Assembly: GCA_964508365.1 (NCBI GenBank) | Contig: CAZDTP010000018.1 | Span: forward strand, 113 to 64,112 | Reading direction: 5' to 3' | DNA from: an uncultured archaeon | Lineage (GTDB): Archaea; Asgardarchaeota; Lokiarchaeia; Sigyniarchaeales; SOKP01 | Length of the DNA: 64,000 nucleotides | Shown here: piece by piece, positions 17,440 through 27,404 of the stretch | Layout: every line of letters begins with the position of its first letter | Position numbering within the stretch: the stretch's first letter is position 1 | Position numbers and translations under genes: made by a program | Notes under the pieces: generated by a model | What the model was told of the DNA's origin: nothing | What the model saw: the letters and a program-made list of their open reading frames with translations, nothing else | The model's database searches: none

Positions 17440-18327
17440 ATGGCCTTACAAAAAATGACTGCTCAAAAAATAATTGAGAAGAAAAAAAACGGAGAAAAAA
17501 TAGTAACTATCACTTCTTACGACTATTCGTTTGCTAAGATCGTTGACGGATGTGGAATTGATTTAATTCTCGTAGGTGATTCTCTTTCCATGGTAATTCT
17601 TGGATATAAAAATACTTTGGCAGTTACAATGGAAGAAATGATTCACCATACAAAAGCAGTGTCTCGTGGAGTTTCAAATGCGATGATAGTTGCGGATATG
17701 CCCTTTTTATCGTATAAAATCACCATACCCGAAGCAGTTAAAAACGCGGGAAGGTTCATTCAGGAAGGTGGAGCTGAAGCCGTGAAAGTTGAGGGAGGTA
17801 CGAAAATTTGTCCCACAATAAAAGCGATGATTGATGCTGATATTCAAGTCATGGGGCACATAGGACTTACACCTCAGGCTATTTATGAGTTTGGAGGATT
17901 TTTAGTTCAAGGGAAAACGATAGAAACCGCAAAAAAGCTGATTATCGACGCAAAAAAGTTAGAAAAATCAGGGGTGTTTTCAATTGTCCTAGAAAGTATT
18001 CCTTGGCAAATAGCTAAATTAATTACTAAATCGATCGACATTCCAACCATAGGTATTGGAGCGGGTTCTTACTGTGACGGCCAAATTTTAGTTATTAACG
18101 ATATGTTAGGGCTTTTTACCGACTTCAAACCTAAATTTCTCAAATATTTTGGAGATGTGGGAAAATCCGTCCGAAACGCATTATTTAACTATAAAAACGA
18201 AGTAGAAAAAGGGATTTATCCCGATAGAGAGCACTCATACGAATTTCCACAAGAATCCTTAGAACAAATTAACGATTGGTTTGAAAATGTAGATATTGAA
18301 GAAGAGTCAAACAAAAGAACACTATAA
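17440..18327 (+). CDS. panB: 3-methyl-2-oxobutanoate hydroxymethyltransferase (ketopantoate hydroxymethyltransferase)
   Basis: LVGDSL.MV..G, ADMPF.SY, VK.EGG, GH.GLTPQ, GIGAG..CDGQILV. Confidence 0.85.
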   Translation: MALQKMTAQKIIEKKKNGEKIVTITSYDYSFAKIVDGCGIDLILVGDSLSMVILGYKNTLAVTMEEMIHHTKAVSRGVSNAMIVADMPFLSYKITIPEAVKNAGRFIQEGGAEAVKVEGGTKICPTIKAMIDADIQVMGHIGLTPQAIYEFGGFLVQGKTIETAKKLIIDAKKLEKSGVFSIVLESIPWQIAKLITKSIDIPTIGIGAGSYCDGQILVINDMLGLFTDFKPKFLKYFGDVGKSVRNALFNYKNEVEKGIYPDREHSYEFPQESLEQINDWFENVDIEEESNKRTL

Positions 18328-18600
18328 TTCAATGATTTCCAGTTAATATATAAAGTCCCCGTTAAAATCGTTTTTTAAAGGATTCTTAAAAAATTTTAAA
18401 TATTTAATGGGTAAAAGCTTCCAAAATTCTTTTAAAAAGTGCCCAACAACCGCAGTTACCAACACATAAATTAGATAATATGATGTAAAATAACCAAAAG
18501 TATAATTAAATAAATTTTTATTAATAATAATAATATAACAACTTTGATTATTATAAAAAATTCTAATACAAAAACCGAATAAAGTAATGGAAGAATTGAA

Positions 18601-20340
18601 ATGGTTGAAGAATACGATTATCTTTTTAAATCTATTGTGGTAGGAGATGGCGGGGTCGGTAAAACCGCATTGACACTCCGATTTTCGAAAGGATTCTTTA
18701 CTGAAGATTATAAAATGACTATCGGTGTTGATTTTCATGTAAAAACGATCTCGATTGATACTTTTGAAGGACCAATCAAATGTAAGCTCCAACTCTGGGA
18801 TACTGGTGGCCAAGAACGATTTAGCTCTATAAGACCTATGTATTATAGAGGATCGCTCGGTTCAATCCTCGTCTTCGATCTTACGAATTCTGCAAGTTTT
18901 GAACATTTACCACAGTGGATTGAAGAAGTTAGGGCTAACATAAATGCTGAAATACCTGTATTACTTGTTGGCAATAAAAGCGATTTAACTAACCAGAGAG
19001 CAGTTTCAATTGAAGAAATTAATAATTTTACCAGAGATTTCAACTTATATTATATGGAGACGTCTGCTAAGACTGGTGATGGCGTAGGAGATTGCTTTTA
19101 CATTCTCGCTTGCTTGATGATAGGACAAGGAGTTCCTGAACAACTGATAGCTAGCACAACCGTTTACGCTCCAGGACAAATAATTATAGGAAGTGAACCC
19201 ATCGAAAAGCCAGTTGTTCAACCCACAATACCTCAAAACGAGTATTTAGCTCCACCAGTACCAGAACCAATAAATACCTACCCTAAAGAACCCATACCTA
19301 GTTTTGAACCCGAACCCGAACCTGAATATGATGCGCCCCCAGTACCAGAACCTGAATATGATGCACCCCCAGTACCAGAACCTGCTCCTGTGTTTCAACC
19401 TCAAGTTAATCAAGAAATTTTTACGCCCGAGCCAACAGACATAGAATTTAAAACGCCTGATCAGATTATGGCTGAGAAACCTCAGCCGTCAGAACAAGAT
19501 ACTATAACAACTGATGACGAAACGTACAAGCCTAAAACTATACCATTTACATCAAATGTTCCAATCCCAGCACCTACTCCTAAAGAATTCCAAACAGCTA
19601 AAACAGAAAAACCCACGGAGGGTACTTCTTTCCAAACTCCATTCCGTGTCACGAAAAGAGAAGAACCACCTAAACCACGACCCGCCGCTATGACATTTGA
19701 ACCAACTCCCCAGCCACAACAAGAAGTAGCCGTCGAACCGCCATTTTTTCAAGCACCAGTTTCCCAACCTGCAACTTCGGAATCGTTAGTCGACTATATG
19801 CCCCAAACAATAATACCTAAAAAAGAAATGAAAAAATTAGCTAAAGAGAAAAAGAAACTAGGTAGGGAAAAGGCTAAAATCGAAAAAGAAAAGAAAATTT
19901 CTGAAAAACGGGAGAAACAAGGGGAGTTATTTGAAGCGATGAAGACATCAAAAAAAAGTAAAAAAGAAAAAAAGCCTACTGATGAAGGTTTGACACTCGA
20001 ACAAACATCACCTCAAGTATCACCGAGTTCCGAATCAAGTTCATTGTTCCAGACTTTAACTCAAAGAACGGAAGAAATCGCAGAGGAAAGTAGCGCACCC
20101 TTCGCTCCTTTTACCGATACAAAAAGGATTGACGAAGAAGAGAAATCTAAATTACGAATAATTCCTAATATAGCAGACATAGATAGCAATTTCACATCGT
20201 TTACAGCAATTACATCCTCTCATTCAGTTCAAGAAGAAAAGCAAAAAGAGAAGAAAAAAGATCTACTTATTTGCGAACAATGTGGAACAATATTATCTTC
20301 CGATTACGCTTTTTGTAATAAATGCGGTAATAAACTCTAA
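18601..20340 (+). CDS. Rab-like small GTPase with a roughly 400-aa Pro/Glu/Lys-rich disordered extension and a C-terminal zinc ribbon
   Basis: YDYLFK, GDGGVGKT, IGVDF, WDTGGQERF, YYRGS, LVFDLT, GNKSDL, SAKTG (Rab-family-type motifs). The tail ends CEQCGTILSSDYAFCNKCGNKL and has no CaaX or CC prenylation motif. Confidence 0.85.
   Translation: MVEEYDYLFKSIVVGDGGVGKTALTLRFSKGFFTEDYKMTIGVDFHVKTISIDTFEGPIKCKLQLWDTGGQERFSSIRPMYYRGSLGSILVFDLTNSASFEHLPQWIEEVRANINAEIPVLLVGNKSDLTNQRAVSIEEINNFTRDFNLYYMETSAKTGDGVGDCFYILACLMIGQGVPEQLIASTTVYAPGQIIIGSEPIEKPVVQPTIPQNEYLAPPVPEPINTYPKEPIPSFEPEPEPEYDAPPVPEPEYDAPPVPEPAPVFQPQVNQEIFTPEPTDIEFKTPDQIMAEKPQPSEQDTITTDDETYKPKTIPFTSNVPIPAPTPKEFQTAKTEKPTEGTSFQTPFRVTKREEPPKPRPAAMTFEPTPQPQQEVAVEPPFFQAPVSQPATSESLVDYMPQTIIPKKEMKKLAKEKKKLGREKAKIEKEKKISEKREKQGELFEAMKTSKKSKKEKKPTDEGLTLEQTSPQVSPSSESSSLFQTLTQRTEEIAEESSAPFAPFTDTKRIDEEEKSKLRIIPNIADIDSNFTSFTAITSSHSVQEEKQKEKKKDLLICEQCGTILSSDYAFCNKCGNKL
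19318..19377 (+). repeat. Perfect-frame 30-bp tandem duplication (2 units) encoding EPEYDAPPVP
   Basis: gaacctgaatatgatgcRcccccagtacca occurs twice (19318-19347 and 19348-19377) with one substitution. Confidence 0.85.
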
Positions 20341-20376
20341 GAACGAGAACTGAAACGCTTAGCTTAATAATTTTAT

Positions 20377-21183
20377 CTAAAGATTTTTACCGCAAATGGG
20401 GCATGTGCTCCACATCTTTTTGATTTTTGAATTACAATAAGAGCAAACTTTCAACTCTGGGTCTATCTGAGTTTGAAGAGTTCCAAAAATCGTTTTTGTA
20501 TCGTCAACATGGTATTTTTTTGGTTGAGGGGGTTGTACATCGCTTTGATTATTTATATGAAGTTCAGAGAGTTGGATTGATTCATCAAAAATTATTTTAT
20601 CAAGTTCATCCTCGAGATCGACCTTGGGTTTTTCGATACTTTCTGAGGTTTGAGCAGATTGATTCGATACCAAGGAAGTTTGATCTTCTGAGGAATGTGT
20701 AGTACTTTCAGTGGATTGACTCTTATCGCTTCCTAAAGGTTCCCCAGGTAAGCCTACTTTATAACGAAAGTACATACCGTTGTTATTTTCAACGATTTTT
20801 TCACCATGTGCTAATAACACTTCAATGTAATAAATAACTACTGTACCCAACGGAACTTCAACTATTTCGGCAATAAAATAATCTAACTCTCTTTCCATCC
20901 TCAAGCTATACCACGAAACCCCCTGATCAGCGCTAAAAATTAGTAGTATCCGTTCAAAAGAGTCATCAAAATCTTCTTCCGTTATTTTTACGACAATTTT
21001 AATCGTTTTTCTCAATACTTCTTTTTTTCCGACAAATAGGTCTACCTTATCAGAATCCCAAGCAGAACCGCATTTAGGACAATTAGTAAACCAATTAGGG
21101 TATTCGTAATTACAACTGGTACATGTTTTCGTATAATATCTCGTTGTTTTTATTCCAAGCTTTTTTTTTTTATCTTTTGCCAT
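20377..21183 (-). CDS. Hypothetical protein bracketed by N- and C-terminal zinc ribbons
   Basis: CTSCNYEYPNWFTNCPKCGSAW at the N-terminus and CSYCNSKIKKMWSTCPICGKNL at the C-terminus. Central beta-rich domain and acidic/Ser-rich linker. Confidence 0.6.
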   Translation of the reverse strand: MAKDKKKKLGIKTTRYYTKTCTSCNYEYPNWFTNCPKCGSAWDSDKVDLFVGKKEVLRKTIKIVVKITEEDFDDSFERILLIFSADQGVSWYSLRMERELDYFIAEIVEVPLGTVVIYYIEVLLAHGEKIVENNNGMYFRYKVGLPGEPLGSDKSQSTESTTHSSEDQTSLVSNQSAQTSESIEKPKVDLEDELDKIIFDESIQLSELHINNQSDVQPPQPKKYHVDDTKTIFGTLQTQIDPELKVCSYCNSKIKKMWSTCPICGKNL

Positions 21184-21301
21184 TCTCTAACTCATTTCTA
21201 AAAAGGATTTTAACCCTATTTAATTTTAATACATTACGACACTATTATTTGACTTGTGATATATTAATAATGTATAGTATAAAATTCTCTATCATTACTT
21301 T

Positions 21302-22477
21302 TTATAATTTTAGTTTTTTTACGATTTTTTCTAAATCGGAACTAAATTCGATTAAATGTTCTCTTTTTACATGAGGCATAATCACCACTCTCACTAAATT
21401 GAAATCCAGAAATTTTCCTAACATCCATTTGTTGTTACGTAAATTTTTTTCAAGTTCACACATACTTTCTCCACTTTCAGTAGTGATTCCTATTACATTC
21501 ATAACTGGGTCAACCGCTAATTTTACACCATCAATTTCGGTTATTCTTCGTGCGAGGAATTTTGTATTTTCCATACATTTTTTCACAATCTCCTTAAAGC
21601 CATTAATCCCTAAAAGCTTAATTATTGCCCAAAACGCTATGATCGGACCTCCTGGTCTAGTACCTACGATGTGAAAATGTTGAAAATTCCCACCTGCTAA
21701 ATAGGGAATTTCAAATCCTGTTTTTTGTAAAATCGAAGCGTCTTTAATGAAATATCCACCTGAAGGTATAATTCCTAAACCCATTTTATGAGGATCTGCG
21801 GTAATTGAATCCACACTTTTCACTGAAAAGTCCCAAGATGGAACAAGATAACCTAACTCCCTTAGAAAAGGTAACACAAATCCACCAAACGCAGCATCTA
21901 CATGAAAAAATATGTTTCGACCTTCAATATATTCCCCAATTTCTTCAATAGGATCAACTAAACCTAAGGAAGTTGTACCCGCAACTCCAACGACAGCGCA
22001 CGTGTTATCATTAACGAGAGATTTAAAATGACTCAAATCTAATTGAAAATTATCAAGAAGATCCACCTTTCTTAACTTAATATTTAGGAAATCTGCTGCT
22101 TTATCAAAGGATATATGAGCTGAGCATGGAAGTACGACCTCTGGTTTTTTAATATTAGGTCGTAAATTTCTAGCAATCCGCATCGCTATTAAATTCGCTT
22201 CTGATCCTCCTGTTGTAAATGTACCAAAAATATTGCTATTACCAAATAATTCGCCAATTTCGCGTATAACTTCATCTTCTAATTCAGCGGTGCCTAAAAA
22301 TAATCCTGGATCTCCCAAATTTTTTGATATATACTTATTATGTATTTCTTTAGCAATGTTTAAAGGCTCTGAGCACATAGAACCTAAAATTGAGCCTGAA
22401 TCGTAGGATAAATCCTTTTTTAGCTTTTTTTCAAGCAGTTCAAGTATTTTTTGTTTCTCTATGCCTTCTTTCTGCAT
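21302..22477 (-). CDS. mfnA: PLP-dependent group II decarboxylase (MfnA-type tyrosine/aspartate decarboxylase)
   Basis: GGSEANL, HVDAAFGG, and the PLP-lysine motif DPHKMG. Archaeal MfnA-like length. Confidence 0.75.
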   Translation of the reverse strand: MQKEGIEKQKILELLEKKLKKDLSYDSGSILGSMCSEPLNIAKEIHNKYISKNLGDPGLFLGTAELEDEVIREIGELFGNSNIFGTFTTGGSEANLIAMRIARNLRPNIKKPEVVLPCSAHISFDKAADFLNIKLRKVDLLDNFQLDLSHFKSLVNDNTCAVVGVAGTTSLGLVDPIEEIGEYIEGRNIFFHVDAAFGGFVLPFLRELGYLVPSWDFSVKSVDSITADPHKMGLGIIPSGGYFIKDASILQKTGFEIPYLAGGNFQHFHIVGTRPGGPIIAFWAIIKLLGINGFKEIVKKCMENTKFLARRITEIDGVKLAVDPVMNVIGITTESGESMCELEKNLRNNKWMLGKFLDFNLVRVVIMPHVKREHLIEFSSDLEKIVKKLKL

Positions 22478-22606
22478 TCTATATCAATCTAAAACAATTT
22501 TTAATGATATTTCTCATATACTACAAAATAAAAAGCTTAAAAGAATTAAAATTTTACAAAATATGATACATAAATTGAAAAGGTTTTAATAAAATTCTTT
22601 GACTTT

Positions 22607-22921
22607 TTAAAATCTTTTAGCATCTCTTTTTGTATATTTTTCAATTACGGCATCTAATTCGTAGCTAATGTCAATTTTATAGGAATTAGCTAGACAAATC
22701 AAGGCAAAAATGACATCTGCGAGCTCCTCACCCAAATTGGATGAAATTGTATCTGATTTTTTAGGTTTAAAACCTTCTAAATGATTAATTTCTTTTGCGA
22801 GTTCCCCAATTTCTTCTACAATCGCACTAAGCATGGAAAGAGGCGGCCAATATCCTCCGTGATGCACAATCCAATCTTCTATTTTCTTTTGAAATTCTTT
22901 TAGTGATATGTCTTTACTCAT
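22607..22921 (-). CDS. MazG-like nucleotide pyrophosphohydrolase
   Basis: EE.GEL..E......LGEELADV, the EExxE...ExxD four-helix motif. Confidence 0.7.
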   Translation of the reverse strand: MSKDISLKEFQKKIEDWIVHHGGYWPPLSMLSAIVEEIGELAKEINHLEGFKPKKSDTISSNLGEELADVIFALICLANSYKIDISYELDAVIEKYTKRDAKRF

Positions 22922-22964
22922 AATAAGAATAATATTTAAAAGTATATAAAAAAATCAAAATAAA

Positions 22965-25103
22965 CTATTTAATCAGATATTCTCGTTTTCTTGCCTCCCA
23001 TTCGGCTTTTTTACCAGGATTATACCTATCTACTTCGCTATAGTACCCCGTAATTCTAGAGTATACTTTTATGTCGGTGGAATGGCATTGAGGACATGTG
23101 AAACTGCCACCTCGAAACATTTTTCTACAATGAGGGCAATAAGTAAAATCGGTAGTGTAAGCAAAATAAGCCGTATTAGTGTTGAGACAAATATTTTTAG
23201 TCAATTCCCATAAACCCTGAATATCAGGTTTTTGTTCACCTAACCAAATATGTGTAATAACACCTCCGTTTACAATAGGATGATATTCTGCCTGCAATTG
23301 TATTCTTTTTGACAATGGTATATCTGCATCATAACGAATATGATCTGAATTTGTATAATAAGCAGAGATTCCACTTGATTGAGGTATAGCTTTTTTGGGG
23401 AAATGTTTTAAATCTAATCTCGCTAACCTATTCGATGTCGATTCACTAGGTTGTTGCCATAGAGAAAAGCTAATTCCATACGTTTCTGTCATGGAATTGC
23501 ACTTAGCAACCATATATTCTAATATCCTTCTGCCGAATTCGTAAGCAGTAGTGTTTTCGTGCAGCTCAAAACCTATAAGACTTTTTACCGCTTCGTTTAG
23601 ACCCGTATATCCTATGGAGACATTTTGGTCTTTTAAGTTAAAAATCGGTCGACCATTAATTTCTCCGCTACATAAAGGCAAGTGGCCCGATTTTAGACGT
23701 TTTTCGATTAATCTCCATTTTTTAAGTAAAATTCTAGCCGAAAGTTCCATGTTTTCTTCTAAAACCCTTAAATAATCGTCTTCATCCTTAGAAATATAAG
23801 CATAGCGAGGTAAATTTAGACTGACGCTTTGTAAGGAACCGATAGATACGTAATTTTCCCACACATTAGCAGATTTTCTCTCCTCAGGGTCTAACACGCA
23901 CTTTTCTATAATTTGGTTTCCGCTTAAAAATTTTCGACAACATTGGCTATGAATCTCGTCTGGCATCCACTCGGGGCACATGTTAAGAAAATAAGGCGTG
24001 CCCATTTTTGCGACCTCTTCCATCAATTTTATGTACGACGGTTCAAATTCTTTAAGCCACTCTTTTTTAATTTTCACCTCGTGTTTTGGGAACGCAAATA
24101 ATTTTCCGTCGTAATCTCCATGGATATACACATCCGTAAGGGCGTCAAATAGCTTAAGGCATTCGCTCTTATAATCTCCATATTTCCCATAAAGCTTTCC
24201 ATGAGGACCTACCGCAGGTATGTCTAGCAAACCTTCTGGAACGGTCGGAGTGCACGAGATAGATGTGAAGGGAACTTGACCACCTCTAGCCGCAAAAATT
24301 TGGTTAGTTTCAAATATTAAACATTGCATCGATTGATCGATTTCTCTTTGTGAGAGTCTTTTTGCGTAGGGAGCAAGAAATGTCGTTATATAGTCATATC
24401 CCTGACCCCCACTAAATTCACCCTGAATCGTCCCTAACCACTTTGCCAAGTGAGTTACAGCCACTCTCAAACTACCCGCAGGACCAGACTTGCTACAATG
24501 TGCCCAACTATTCACGGGAGGAAGTCCATGTTCGAGAACCATGCGAGGATCCCATTCCATGCAAAATGGGCGCAAATCAAAATACCTTAGCATGTGGACA
24601 TGTAAATTGCCATACAAGTGAGCGTGCGCCTCCTCTGAGTCTAATATTCTTAAAAGAGCGTATTCATCAGAGATTCTATTAGCAGCCCAGTGATGAATAC
24701 TTTCAGGATTCATGTCTTGATTAGCATTTTCGTTTACGCCCTTTTCTAATATAGCTTCGTAATCCATTAATGGCATTCCTATTCGGGTATATAACTTCCT
24801 TTCTTCTTCGTAGTGCTGTTCAGATAAAATAGAACACACAATTTCTCTTATGTGTGGACCTGAGAGAAAACTTATGCTGGAAGAAATAATCCTTCTGACT
24901 ACTAATTCAGTGATTTGAGCTGCAGATTTTTCATCCAAACCGGTTTCCTTAATAATACTCTGTTTTATCTTTAACGGTTCAAAGGGTACAACATCTCCCT
25001 CCGTTCTTGAGACGCTTGGTAATAAATTTTTTAGAAATCCCCTTTCAAGCCCTTTTCCATCTTTCCTTGTATCAGATTCTGGAGTCAATATCATATTAAT
25101 CAT
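22965..25103 (-). CDS. nrdD: Anaerobic (class III) ribonucleoside-triphosphate reductase with N-terminal ATP-cone
   Basis: ATP-cone-like VVPFEPLKIKQSI...; C-terminal zinc site CPHCRKMFRGGSFTCPQCHS; glycyl-radical motif SRITGYY. Confidence 0.85.
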   Translation of the reverse strand: MINMILTPESDTRKDGKGLERGFLKNLLPSVSRTEGDVVPFEPLKIKQSIIKETGLDEKSAAQITELVVRRIISSSISFLSGPHIREIVCSILSEQHYEEERKLYTRIGMPLMDYEAILEKGVNENANQDMNPESIHHWAANRISDEYALLRILDSEEAHAHLYGNLHVHMLRYFDLRPFCMEWDPRMVLEHGLPPVNSWAHCSKSGPAGSLRVAVTHLAKWLGTIQGEFSGGQGYDYITTFLAPYAKRLSQREIDQSMQCLIFETNQIFAARGGQVPFTSISCTPTVPEGLLDIPAVGPHGKLYGKYGDYKSECLKLFDALTDVYIHGDYDGKLFAFPKHEVKIKKEWLKEFEPSYIKLMEEVAKMGTPYFLNMCPEWMPDEIHSQCCRKFLSGNQIIEKCVLDPEERKSANVWENYVSIGSLQSVSLNLPRYAYISKDEDDYLRVLEENMELSARILLKKWRLIEKRLKSGHLPLCSGEINGRPIFNLKDQNVSIGYTGLNEAVKSLIGFELHENTTAYEFGRRILEYMVAKCNSMTETYGISFSLWQQPSESTSNRLARLDLKHFPKKAIPQSSGISAYYTNSDHIRYDADIPLSKRIQLQAEYHPIVNGGVITHIWLGEQKPDIQGLWELTKNICLNTNTAYFAYTTDFTYCPHCRKMFRGGSFTCPQCHSTDIKVYSRITGYYSEVDRYNPGKKAEWEARKREYLIK

Positions 25104-25510
25104 TAATTTTTTTTAATTTAGTATTCCTAAATATGTGGTAAAGGTATATGATTAGGTTTAGAGTCTAAAATTTTTGTCGGCGCTATGAACCGAAACAATA
25201 CCCTTAACGAATATTTATTATCGTTTATACTTTGCCTCTTTTGATATAAAAATGTATTTTTTTTTCCGTTATAAACTTAATCTATTACTACTTTATTCAA
25301 AACCTGAATTATCAGCTCAAAAGTTCACAGAATAAACTCTGTTCTTTTCGAAAATTTCATTCGGGTAATTACTATTCTCGATATTTCACGCAATATAATA
25401 AAATTGTCGTCTTTCCCGATTTTGTAATTTTTTATTGAACTCTACTAAATTTAATAACTATTAACTACGATTACATATAAAGAAAAAGTTGAAGCAATCA
25501 AAAATATGAC

Positions 25511-25849
25511 GTGTTTAATTTGAGCAAAAAATCAGTAAGTAAAAATTCTGTTAATGCTGTTGAAATGTTACCTGGAATTTACAGGAAGACATTAGTGTAT
25601 AATAATAGCGTGATGTTATGTCATTTTTCGTTGGACAAAAATTCGTATATACCTTTACACTTTCATAAGGAGCATCAAATAGGTTATGTGATAACAGGAA
25701 AGTTACAATTCGAAACTGAAAAAGGACATTTTGTAGTACGAGCCGGTGATAGTTATGTTTTTGAATCAAATGAAAAACATGGAGCAACAATCTTAGAAGA
25801 TTCAGAGGTTATTGATGTGTTTAGTCCCTCAAGAGAGGATTATAAGTAG
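25511..25849 (+). CDS. Cupin-domain protein
   Basis: H.H....GYV..G......G and GD......HG cupin motifs. GTG start. Confidence 0.6.
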   Translation: MFNLSKKSVSKNSVNAVEMLPGIYRKTLVYNNSVMLCHFSLDKNSYIPLHFHKEHQIGYVITGKLQFETEKGHFVVRAGDSYVFESNEKHGATILEDSEVIDVFSPSREDYK

Positions 25850-25874
25850 TTGTTCAATCAATAGTAAAAGGTCC

Positions 25875-26228
25875 CTACCATTGATAAACAGCAACAACTA
25901 GAATCGCGATCACGCAAAACAGAAATTCGCCCTTCAACCAATCAACAAACAATTTCTTTTTTTGATCTCTATTTTTTTTAATTCTCGTTGCGAGAGCAAA
26001 ACTTATTGCACTATTAGTTCCCGTGAAAATGATCACGCTAAAACTAGGTGCGTTTAGCTGTAATTCAATCAAACCAAAAATAAAATCAAAAACCAAAAAC
26101 GCTCCGAGAAATACGAGTAAGATTAGTAAAAAAATCCACCCTGAAAAATAAATAATTTTCTCGAATATTAAATCTTCTTCCGACAAGCTCCCGTCTAAAT
26201 TAGTTGATTTTTTCTTTACTTTTGACAT
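25875..26228 (-). CDS. Small membrane protein, hypothetical
   Basis: Three hydrophobic helices. Confidence 0.45.
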   Translation of the reverse strand: MSKVKKKSTNLDGSLSEEDLIFEKIIYFSGWIFLLILLVFLGAFLVFDFIFGLIELQLNAPSFSVIIFTGTNSAISFALATRIKKNRDQKKKLFVDWLKGEFLFCVIAILVVAVYQW

Positions 26229-26314
26229 GTTGTTGATACCATAGTAATTATAAAAAATGGAATGGTTTATGATTCTTAATATTTTTTTTTTTCCAAGGGC
26301 ACTTATCGCGAATT

Positions 26315-26812
26315 TTAAGGTTTGTTTTTTAGATATATAATCGCTTTAGCAATATCTCCGTTGCTATCTATTAACGCCGCATTAGCCTCTTCTTTATCCA
26401 CATTTGCTTGAGCGGCTACTAACATGATATCATTTTCGGTAATAACAGGTTTCAATATGTTCTCTTCCGTTGATTCAACACTCTCTGCTTCTACTCTATC
26501 TTCAATTGTAAATTCTCCTGAGGAATATTCCTCTGCGTCGCCAATGATTTGATACATCTCCTGACCCATCTGCTTCATTAGGATGACCTCTGGCTGATCG
26601 ATTACCAAGGTTTTATCCTCACTTTCGATAATAACACGCGTCGCATCGATCTGCTCCATGTCAATTCCTTGTTGTTGCATTCGGCGACGCATCTGTCTGG
26701 ATGCAACTTGCTGACCTTCTCTCTTCTTAGTTGCTTGGGGGCGAGTTGGTTTACTTTTTTCTTTTTTTTGCATCTCTTTTGGTAATTTTACCATTGTTTT
26801 CAACATCTCCAA
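26315..26812 (-). CDS. nac: Nascent polypeptide-associated complex protein (NAC domain plus UBA-like C-terminus) with a basic N-terminal extension
   Basis: RQMRRRMQQQGIDMEQIDATRVIIESEDKTLVIDQPEVILMKQMGQEMYQIIG, plus the C-terminal ITENDIMLVAAQANVDKEEANAALIDSNGDIAKAI. Confidence 0.8.
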   Translation of the reverse strand: MEMLKTMVKLPKEMQKKEKSKPTRPQATKKREGQQVASRQMRRRMQQQGIDMEQIDATRVIIESEDKTLVIDQPEVILMKQMGQEMYQIIGDAEEYSSGEFTIEDRVEAESVESTEENILKPVITENDIMLVAAQANVDKEEANAALIDSNGDIAKAIIYLKNKP

Positions 26813-26842
26813 ATGTTATATGTTACCCTAATTTAATTAAGC

Positions 26843-27334
26843 TTATAATTTAGTTTTACCTATTCCTTTCCTTATTTTTAGTGCAATTCCAGTTTGAAAA
26901 CTCCTAACATATGGGACTGGAATCACTAATTTACCAATTGCTAATAAATCGTTGTTTTGATTAACTACGATAACCTCATCGTTGGGTCGTAATGCAATAT
27001 CGATATCAACTATATGCTTACAAAAGACGTTTCGACCTTTTCTAATGAATTCCGAGATTTCACTCATAACAACTGCCCTAAGTTTAGGTGAAGGCGTGTT
27101 ATTGATTATCCTTTCTGCTGAAAATAGACTAAGTGTGAAAAAGCCATTCGTAGGTCTTAAATTAAGCAATAAATTATTATCTTGGTAAATATGTTTTATT
27201 TTTCCTGTGTTTCTGGAAAAAATAATTTGAATCTCGCTTTCGTTTTCAAACAAAATATCCGTTATCGTTTGCCCAAATTGGTAATCGCAAATAGCTTTAA
27301 CTTTTCTTAAAGCCAAAATGAATTTAATATCCAT
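26843..27334 (-). CDS. PUA-domain RNA-binding protein
   Basis: N-terminal KAICDYQFG and C-terminal PUA-like RPNDEVIVVNQNNDLLAIGKLV... Confidence 0.6.
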   Translation of the reverse strand: MDIKFILALRKVKAICDYQFGQTITDILFENESEIQIIFSRNTGKIKHIYQDNNLLLNLRPTNGFFTLSLFSAERIINNTPSPKLRAVVMSEISEFIRKGRNVFCKHIVDIDIALRPNDEVIVVNQNNDLLAIGKLVIPVPYVRSFQTGIALKIRKGIGKTKL

Positions 27335-27404
27335 ATTGATTTACTAACAAAAGATTTAACAAAAAATAAGATTGGAGGTAATAAATATGTTTGGCTAAAA
27401 ATTG

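Noticed and set aside
18343-18813. 156-aa minus-strand ORF overlapping the start of the Rab-like GTPase
   Set aside because: Its composition is low-complexity and Ile/Phe/Asn-rich. It overlaps a gene with unambiguous GTPase motifs on the other strand and has no motif of its own.
20427-21374. + strand ORFs 20427-20702 and 21123-21374
   Set aside because: 20427-20702 lies antisense within 20377-21183. 21123-21374 overlaps the starts/ends of 20377-21183 and the decarboxylase gene. Both are low-complexity.
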